DNA of 59,061 nucleotides. Origin: a virus (lineage: Duplodnaviria; Caudoviricetes). Location: positions 1 to 59,061 of IMG/VR virus record IMGVR_UViG_3300007963_000007; one strand, given 5' to 3'. This document shows positions 53,150 through 59,061 of the stretch, piece by piece. A model generated the notes under the pieces. It was not told the DNA's origin, ran no database searches, and worked only from the letters and a program-made list of their open reading frames with translations. Made by a program: the position numbers and the translations under genes. How positions within the stretch are numbered: position 1 is the first letter of the stretch; each line of letters opens with the position of its first letter.

Positions 53150-53324
53150 TAAAAAAAGAAGTTATCCCCCTGCGTAAGTGCAAGGGGCCGGATATTGGTA
53201 TTGCGAACCGCTTTTAGAACTATTTAAGGCTAGAGCAACCTTTAGCAGCACGTTTGCAGGAACACAGCCCTACCCGAAATGACTTATTTGGTAGAACTAA
53301 TTAATGGCTAGAGCAACCTAAGTC
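53150..53324 (-). ncRNA. Candidate tandem cis-regulatory RNA in the capsid 5' leader with terminator-like hairpin
   Basis: Two copies of AGGTTGCTCTAGCC-N5/6-TAGTTCTA, each closed by a different stem, then CCCCTTGC/GCAGGGGG and a T-tract. Confidence 0.55.
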
Positions 53325-53338
53325 GTATTCTTAAATAA

Positions 53339-53367
53339 AAACTAAGTTTAATTTTTTATTTTGTCAA
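53339..53367 (-). promoter_or_regulatory. Promoter for capsid gene
   Basis: TTGACA-N17-TAGTTT, about 200 nt upstream of the capsid ATG. Confidence 0.65.
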
Positions 53368-53393
53368 CCCCTCTTTTGCTAGGGGATAGGCGT

Positions 53394-54581
53394 CTACAGC
53401 CTCCCGCTAAAAGCAGCTTCTACTCTGTCCTCGAAAGAGCGATCATCTGGTTTCCCGTCAACTACTTGCTTGGACGAAGGTGAAGCCCCAGACATAGTAG
53501 GCTCAGAACTCTCATACTCTGCCAATCGGTCAGTTAGTAGCTCGTTCTCTTTTCGCATACCAACATACTCTTTCACAATAGAGGGAAGAAGTTGGGCGCT
53601 AATAGAATTGTAGGTAAAATCTACAGGGTGTATTGACTGAGGGTCGTTTTCAGCGGCTTTCGATTGGATCGCCTCCATGTCTAGCCCTTCGATACCACTA
53701 AGAAACGGCAGCTTCTTTTGAACCCGTGAGGCTACATTTCTGGCTGCGTTTTGCCTATCCTGTAGTCTTTCTGCGGCATCTGCTTCAGATTGTTTTTCTG
53801 CGGCCAAGTTAGCTTCACTCAAGGCTTCCTTGGAATTTTCCATCATCGCATTGCGGCGTTCCATAATAGGGGTGATGTCTTCAATAATTCTAAACACCTT
53901 GGCCCTGTCTCTGTCAGTCGCATCAATCAAAAGCTCGCCCAGCTTTTCGTCCTGCTCTGTTGTATCCTCAATAGTAAAAGAATCGATCAAGGCTTCCTCA
54001 TCGATATTATACCTTTCTGCAATCTCGGTAGCACTGTCTACCAAAGAGTTAAGTGGTTCTTCGATAGCTGTTTTGTAAGCGTGAGTTTGCTCCAAATTAG
54101 AAATCAATTGAGATTTTTCGTATTCATCAATACGTTTTTGAAGAGTCTCAACGTCTTTGTTTTCTACAGCCCCGGTCAATTCTTTTAGCTTAGACGAACT
54201 CTCAACCTGCTCCTGTCGGAGTTTGTGCAACTCTGTTGTTGCTTCCTTCAACTCTGTCTTTAATTGCTTGAACCTAGATGCAGCTTTCGGGGTCCAATCA
54301 TCCGATATCTCTTCATCAAGGGTGTCTGTAGGGTCGAACTGTTCTTCCTCTGCCTCTGGTTCCTCCTTCTCGGGTTCCTCCTTCTCGGGTTCCTGTTTTT
54401 CAGGTTCTTCCTGTTCAGGTTCCTCAGTTTTAGTTTCCTCTTCGACTTCAGGAATATCCAAATTAGAAAATGCTGCGTCTAGGGCGCTAGCAAAATCAAG
54501 TTGGTCTTCTGACGTATCAGGCAATTCCTCTACGGAATCAGCAGTATCTACGGCTTCGGCAGTGGCTGTATCTTCGCTCAT
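53394..54581 (-). CDS. Capsid scaffolding protein
   Basis: Very acidic N-terminus with (K/Q)EEPE-type repeats, coiled coils; lies between portal and capsid. Confidence 0.7.
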   Translation of the reverse strand: MSEDTATAEAVDTADSVEELPDTSEDQLDFASALDAAFSNLDIPEVEEETKTEEPEQEEPEKQEPEKEEPEKEEPEAEEEQFDPTDTLDEEISDDWTPKAASRFKQLKTELKEATTELHKLRQEQVESSSKLKELTGAVENKDVETLQKRIDEYEKSQLISNLEQTHAYKTAIEEPLNSLVDSATEIAERYNIDEEALIDSFTIEDTTEQDEKLGELLIDATDRDRAKVFRIIEDITPIMERRNAMMENSKEALSEANLAAEKQSEADAAERLQDRQNAARNVASRVQKKLPFLSGIEGLDMEAIQSKAAENDPQSIHPVDFTYNSISAQLLPSIVKEYVGMRKENELLTDRLAEYESSEPTMSGASPSSKQVVDGKPDDRSFEDRVEAAFSGRL

Positions 54582-54582
54582 T

Positions 54583-54879
54583 TTATTCTATGTGGGTCCA
54601 CTCGTTTAGACTAACGGTGCTAGTTTTTGTAGTGTCGGGCAACTTTGTTAATTTTTCAAGGTCATTAAAAGCATCTCTGTAACCCGCATACCATGCGTGT
54701 CGCAAGTTGTTCCCTTCTGGGTTCTGCAAAGACCCATAAGAGGGACCTGCTACTTCTTTTAATATGGCGACAGCTTGTTTAAAGCTACCTGTATTTATAG
54801 CTTCTCGTAGTTCTTGGACAGACTTTGTGTCTCGGAACCACTGCGCTACCGGAATCGGTGGAGTCGGATGTTTAGGCAT
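54583..54879 (-). CDS. Small head-module protein
   Basis: Between portal and scaffold. Confidence 0.6.
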   Translation of the reverse strand: MPKHPTPPIPVAQWFRDTKSVQELREAINTGSFKQAVAILKEVAGPSYGSLQNPEGNNLRHAWYAGYRDAFNDLEKLTKLPDTTKTSTVSLNEWTHIE

Positions 54880-54883
54880 TTAG

Positions 54884-57136
54884 TTACGCTTTGTCGCGGA
54901 AGTCTAGCGCAGCTTCGGCGTCTCGTATAGCCATTTCTTGTTCATGTTTTTTCTGCTTGATGGCCATCTCCAACTCAGCTTTTTCCTGCGCGATCTGCAT
55001 CTTTATATCATGCTCCTGCATCTTCATCCCCTGCTTCTCTGCCATAACTGCGTCTTGATCAATCTCTTGACCTTGGGCTTGCATCTGGGCTTGCTCGGCT
55101 TGCATCTGGTCACGTTGTATTTTCTGCGCGGCTTTAAGTGCGTTGTTGATTGCTTCTTCAGCAAACTGCAACACTTGTTTTGTATTAGCGACCATGCCCT
55201 CTAGGGCGGGGTCACCTGCTGCCAATTGAGCAGTATCGCTAATATGCTGATACATGACTTGTAGGACAGGCAAGACCTGAACCAAGTCAGCTTGACCAGT
55301 ATTAATTGCTTCAATCAATTGATTGAGAACAGGAACATGGACTTCCAAATGAGTCCCGTGCATTTCATTGGGGATGACAGGGATGTTGTTGCCTTGTTGC
55401 AATTGCAGGTTTTCAAACAACGCAATCTTAACATCTACTGTAGGACGCTTCTCAACTTCCGCAGGAACATAACGATTAGCTAGATCGTGACCAACACGGG
55501 TCGATACAATGTCTCTAGTCAGGTTGCGTCTGCCTACATCATCAAACTGTCCGCTAATTGCTTGCAGTTCTTTGAGGGCGACTGCTCTGTTTGCATAAGA
55601 TCCACTGCCGATGGATCTAACAGCGCGGGTCCGGTTAACATCAAGGGTATTAATAAACGCTTCAGGTATTCCACGCTTCGCGCACCTATTATAAAAATCG
55701 GTTATAGCTGCGTCTCGTTTTTTGGTCGTAACCACACGACGAACTACTTCTCTCAACAGTCTAGTCCACGAAGCGTAGAAAAGGTTTAGGGATGCCCCAG
55801 ACAATCTGGTCGTAACATCCATGTCAGCAACCACCTGCATCTGGTTCCGGTAGGGCGAACTCTGGGTAGGCCCATACGTGCTAACGGTATCGGTATTCAA
55901 CTGGAGTTGATTACTCAGGTCTTCCAGTGCAGGTTGAACCGCAGTCCCCAGATTGGGGATGGCTTTCTCAACAATCTTTACATTGGGACTCATCACGGCG
56001 TATGCACCGTAGTAAGTGAACTGCAACTCGTCCAAGGACCGTTGGTTCTCAGGCTGGATCATGATCGCAGATGAAAGCATCGCCCCGTCAATCTGCTGAC
56101 AACGGAGACGATTGCTTGTCTGAACATGAGCAAAGATACGTTGGCCAAGTCCGCGAACTGAATGGTAGGTCCCGTTAGACCCGACCCCATACGTAAACAT
56201 TACATAAGCCTGTTCTGCGTTTTGATACCTAGAAACTTTCTTATATAGGAAATCTTTCGGGCTGTTCTCAGCCGCCATGTAGTGGCTGATCGAACCGTCC
56301 ATTTCCTTAACCCAGAAATGCAAAACAGCTACTGTCGGGTTTTGAATCCCCGTGTGGATGTCGTTGTTCTTCATCTCCTGTTGGATAGCCTCGTAGTCGT
56401 CCAAAAGACTAGAGGATTGCCCACGCCTACCCTTGGTGCTGGCATTCTCAGAAATGACACGCTTTACCTCTTCCACATTCCAACCAACACTTTGTGCGGC
56501 CTTCTCATTCTTGATGAACCCATAAAGTTCATGCAAAAGATATTGTCTGCGGCCCACAGCTACATCGATACAGGATTCGGATGCAGGGGTCTGACGGGGG
56601 ATTAGAATATCCGTGAACCCGCCAACCCTGAACTTCCAATCGTCAGGGGTGTCAAAGTAAGCGATAGATACTCCGTGCTTAATGAACGTGGTGCAAAGAC
56701 GTAGGTAAGAACTGTGGAACTCGGGCCATGAGCGCATTAAGTGCGTTAGCTCATCAGCAACGATGTCTTCCATGGGGGCAATCTCGCTTTTCTCCCCCAT
56801 AGTCCCGCGAACTTCTACGAGACACTCCAAACTGGAATAAAGGTCCACATAAGCGGATAACGCAATATCCAGTAAGCGTTGTGCTTCCCCGAAATTCAGG
56901 TTCGTTTTCAGGGGTTGACCGCTCGTTTCCAGTCTCGTCTGGTTGTAAGGTGCGGCCCCGTCGAACATTGCGTCCACTCTCGCCCTGTTAATAGCGGACT
57001 TTTCGTCTGCTTTAGCTAGGGTTTTAAATATAGAAAGGGCGCTATTTACGTTTTTTAAACGAGTTTCAACCGGATTCCCTTTTTCTGTGAGGGCGTCAAG
57101 TTCCAGCCCGTCGATGTCTAAAGGGTGATCGTTCAT
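54884..57136 (-). CDS. Portal protein
   Basis: 750 aa; YHSVRGLG motif; Q/E-rich coiled-coil C-terminus; heads the capsid module. Confidence 0.75.
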   Translation of the reverse strand: MNDHPLDIDGLELDALTEKGNPVETRLKNVNSALSIFKTLAKADEKSAINRARVDAMFDGAAPYNQTRLETSGQPLKTNLNFGEAQRLLDIALSAYVDLYSSLECLVEVRGTMGEKSEIAPMEDIVADELTHLMRSWPEFHSSYLRLCTTFIKHGVSIAYFDTPDDWKFRVGGFTDILIPRQTPASESCIDVAVGRRQYLLHELYGFIKNEKAAQSVGWNVEEVKRVISENASTKGRRGQSSSLLDDYEAIQQEMKNNDIHTGIQNPTVAVLHFWVKEMDGSISHYMAAENSPKDFLYKKVSRYQNAEQAYVMFTYGVGSNGTYHSVRGLGQRIFAHVQTSNRLRCQQIDGAMLSSAIMIQPENQRSLDELQFTYYGAYAVMSPNVKIVEKAIPNLGTAVQPALEDLSNQLQLNTDTVSTYGPTQSSPYRNQMQVVADMDVTTRLSGASLNLFYASWTRLLREVVRRVVTTKKRDAAITDFYNRCAKRGIPEAFINTLDVNRTRAVRSIGSGSYANRAVALKELQAISGQFDDVGRRNLTRDIVSTRVGHDLANRYVPAEVEKRPTVDVKIALFENLQLQQGNNIPVIPNEMHGTHLEVHVPVLNQLIEAINTGQADLVQVLPVLQVMYQHISDTAQLAAGDPALEGMVANTKQVLQFAEEAINNALKAAQKIQRDQMQAEQAQMQAQGQEIDQDAVMAEKQGMKMQEHDIKMQIAQEKAELEMAIKQKKHEQEMAIRDAEAALDFRDKA

Positions 57137-57145
57137 TATTGGCCT

Positions 57146-57212
57146 ACTCTACTTATTTAATGAAACTAGTCAATCGTTTAGAAGTTGACATTGAATAGGT
57201 AAAGGCTAAGTT
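57146..57212. promoter_or_regulatory. Back-to-back promoters for portal (-) and lipoprotein (+)
   Basis: Minus: TTGACT-N16-TAGAGT (57146-57173). Plus: TTGACA-N16-TAAGTT (57185-57212). Confidence 0.75.
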
Positions 57213-57220
57213 CGCGGCTT

Positions 57221-57436
57221 ATGAAAGCAATCCTGATTAGCTTCGCGGCGGTGTCTTGTGTCTTGTTTGGTGTATCCTGTAGTTCTGCGGGACTTAACGG
57301 AAGTCTTCCAATCCCGTTCACAAACCCACCAACTAACGTAAAAGGGGAGATCGCGGTCACACCGCTTCCTCCAAAACTGTGCGTTGGATTGGATGTAATC
57401 CCGCGACCTGAACCCGCACCAGCGGAAGAGAAGTAG
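57221..57436 (+). CDS. Small lipoprotein
   Basis: MKAILISFAAVSCVLFGVS-C signal peptide/lipobox; own promoter. Confidence 0.7.
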   Translation: MKAILISFAAVSCVLFGVSCSSAGLNGSLPIPFTNPPTNVKGEIAVTPLPPKLCVGLDVIPRPEPAPAEEK

Positions 57437-57438
57437 CG

Positions 57439-57936
57439 TTACTCAGAGTAACTACTCTCATCCCCCCAGAGTTGTCGGACTAGTTTATCTACTCTGACAT
57501 CTCTGGGGGTTTTTGTGTATATACTTGATAACTTCACGTAGGAGTGGCCCTGCTTGGTAAACTCACTAAGCATGAAAACTTCCCCAGCCCTCGGACCCGT
57601 CTTCTTCGGGTTGATCCGGTAAACGGCCCCGTAATGTGAAACCGCATAATCTGGGTATTCAGGGACTACCTTGGCCCCGTCCTCGTTCAGCACCCAATCC
57701 TTTGTCAGGGGTTTGTAATCGGGGTCGTCAATCTTGGAATGGTTGAAGCGATACTGCTTGCCCTCCTTATTACGGATAATCGTGTAGGTGTTGTATCCGT
57801 CCCACTGCTGCTTGAGCATCCTGCCCGTCTTCAGGTTGAACACAAAACCCTTGGGTGATAGAACATATTGGCTAGCTGCCTTCGGTATTCCACGGAACCC
57901 GTCCGGTGGCCAGTAGACCCATTTATCGTCAGACAT
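57439..57936 (-). CDS. Tandem NUMOD4-like domain protein lacking an HNH nuclease motif
   Basis: IPKAASQYVLSPKGFVFN and VPEYPDYAVSHYGAVYR...RVDKLV resemble two NUMOD4 units. Confidence 0.55.
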   Translation of the reverse strand: MSDDKWVYWPPDGFRGIPKAASQYVLSPKGFVFNLKTGRMLKQQWDGYNTYTIIRNKEGKQYRFNHSKIDDPDYKPLTKDWVLNEDGAKVVPEYPDYAVSHYGAVYRINPKKTGPRAGEVFMLSEFTKQGHSYVKLSSIYTKTPRDVRVDKLVRQLWGDESSYSE

Positions 57937-57942
57937 AATTCA

Positions 57943-58010
57943 AAAGTTTCCTGTTAAGGTTAGAGCTAGTTGTAAGTTACAATTAGGTATATAATAACAC
58001 AAGAAACTTT
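57943..58010. repeat. Symmetric palindromic element, copy 1
   Basis: AAAGTTTC...TTGTAAGTTACAA...GAAACTTT; second copy at 58609-58678. Confidence 0.8.
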
Positions 58011-58026
58011 TTCAAGTTGTTTGTAG

Positions 58027-58147
58027 ACGCAAAACCGCCCCTCCCATGGGATTACCTGCGCTAGATCTCCTGTTGAAACTCCCAACCCACTCTGAATCAG
58101 GCAACGTGGATCACTAACAAGGTTTCATGGCGAGGGGCGGTCTGCGT
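58027..58147 (-). ncRNA. Candidate ~110-nt small RNA
   Basis: Promoter TTGTAA-N16-TATTCT (58149-58176) fires into a ~25-bp terminal stem; no ORF longer than a few codons from the first ATG. Confidence 0.5.
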
Positions 58148-58221
58148 GAGAATAGGAAGCAGGGTGGGGGTTACAAGTCGAAAAGGGGAGCTAAATTCGA
58201 CATATGTTAGTAACGTGTCGA

Positions 58222-58527
58222 TCACTCTGATTTTGCCGCTTTAAGCGTATATAGCTCGTCCATTAGCTTTTCAACACGCTTTTGAAGCTCCGAGATATGA
58301 AGATCCTGTCGTGTATCCGAAGGGAGTTCACCACTTCCCCATTTTCCGGCAGGCCATTTTTCCACAAATTCAGCATTTTTAGTCACCGTGCGCTCCAACA
58401 TCTGAATTTGAAAGTCGTTGTGCTGAACTTCAGAGTTCAGATTAGACGCCCACCAAACGATTCCTGCTGCCTGAACCGCGAGTCCCGCATAAAGCGTAAG
58501 TTTAGAATCTGTTTTGGGGGTGGCCAT
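58222..58527 (-). CDS. Membrane-anchored coiled-coil protein
   Basis: N-terminal TM (LYAGLAVQAAGIVWWA); promoter TTGACT-N16-TACGCT (58537-58564). Confidence 0.65.
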   Translation of the reverse strand: MATPKTDSKLTLYAGLAVQAAGIVWWASNLNSEVQHNDFQIQMLERTVTKNAEFVEKWPAGKWGSGELPSDTRQDLHISELQKRVEKLMDELYTLKAAKSE

Positions 58528-58608
58528 TTAACCACTAGCGTATCAGCGTAGCGGTTTAAGTCAATCCACCGTGCAGGGGGGTTTAGCGGGATCTCAAAAA
58601 CTATATTA

Positions 58609-58678
58609 GAAAGTTTCCTGTAGAGAGTATAGCTAGTTGTAAATTACAATAAGGTATATATTAGTCTAGAGAACTTTC
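58609..58678. repeat. Symmetric palindromic element, copy 2
   Basis: GAAAGTTTCCTGT...AGCTAGTTGTAAATTACAAT.AGGTATATA...AACTTTC. Confidence 0.8.
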
Positions 58679-58924
58679 GATTTCCTTTTTGCGAGCCTCT
58701 TTCTTTTTGGCATACGCTTCCGCACGGCTTTGCAGGATTTTTGCTTTGTGCTTTAGGTAGTATTGCTTGTTGTAATTCTTCCTAGCGTCAAACTTTTCGG
58801 GGTCCTTGAGTTCCTCCATGCGCCGTTTAGCCCGAATACGCTCTCTGTTTTTAGCATAATACTGGCGCTGGTATTCCCTACGCGCCTCTTTGTTACGCTC
58901 GTAGTAATTAATGTTCTGCTCCAT
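58661..58924 (-). CDS. Small basic helical protein with YY..(N/H)(K/R) repeats
   Basis: YYERNKE, YYAKNRE, YYLKHKA; promoter TTGACC-N16-AATAAT (58933-58960). Confidence 0.65.
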   Translation of the reverse strand: MEQNINYYERNKEARREYQRQYYAKNRERIRAKRRMEELKDPEKFDARKNYNKQYYLKHKAKILQSRAEAYAKKKEARKKEIESSLD

Positions 58925-59061
58925 ACGGCTTAATTATTCGTGCAATCGGGATTTGGTCAAGTTTTTTCCCAGAGGGGGGATATATACACCTCGGTGCTGG
59001 AGAAAAACCCCCACCCCACCCGTCGCGTCTCGACCTCGGCTCCGCGCCCGTGGTCCCTGCA

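Noticed and set aside
58153-58182. GGTTACAAG (twister-like) and AGGAAGCAG (SRP RNA-like) words
   Set aside because: The remaining conserved elements of either RNA are absent; the bases are better explained as the minus-strand promoter.
1-59061. tRNA genes, integrase/att sites, introns, inteins or stop-codon reassignment
   Set aside because: No cloverleaf or recombinase motif was seen, and core genes are uninterrupted and of plausible length in the standard code.

Overview
The window is most of the genome of a tailed dsDNA bacteriophage, probably podovirus-like (no tape-measure or sheath gene recognised). I found no integrase, RNA polymerase, tRNA or CRISPR array. It has four blocks. (1) 1-13.8 kb (+): an early/host-takeover region of many small genes, including a truncated ArdC-like antirestriction gene, a SprT zincin, an HhH DNA glycosylase-like gene, DUF3846, an SF2 helicase and DUF1599. 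It is punctuated by repeated promoter cassettes and ACC-rich leaders lacking Shine-Dalgarno sequences. (2) 13.9-32 kb (-): a 4775-aa polyvalent virion-type protein, two probable internal virion proteins and the large terminase. (3) 32-39.8 kb (+): an HTH protein (possible small terminase), a RuvC-like resolvase, a DUF2800 nuclease, an SSB-like protein, a family A DNA polymerase and a primase-helicase. (4) 39.8-59 kb (mostly -): lysis cassette, tail/fibre genes, major capsid, scaffold and portal. The most notable observations are: five LQ(S/T)R(Y/I)G motifs that divide the giant protein into effector-sized cassettes; a tandem, covarying structured RNA plus terminator-like hairpin in the capsid leader; a pseudoknot-capable RNA before the polymerase; a promoter-driven ~110-nt small RNA candidate; two symmetric TTGTAANTTACAA elements whose half-site also sits exactly 35 bp before four early promoters; and a genome-wide promoter style with 16-bp spacers and near-leaderless transcripts. 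All protein family calls come from recognising motifs by eye, not from database searches.
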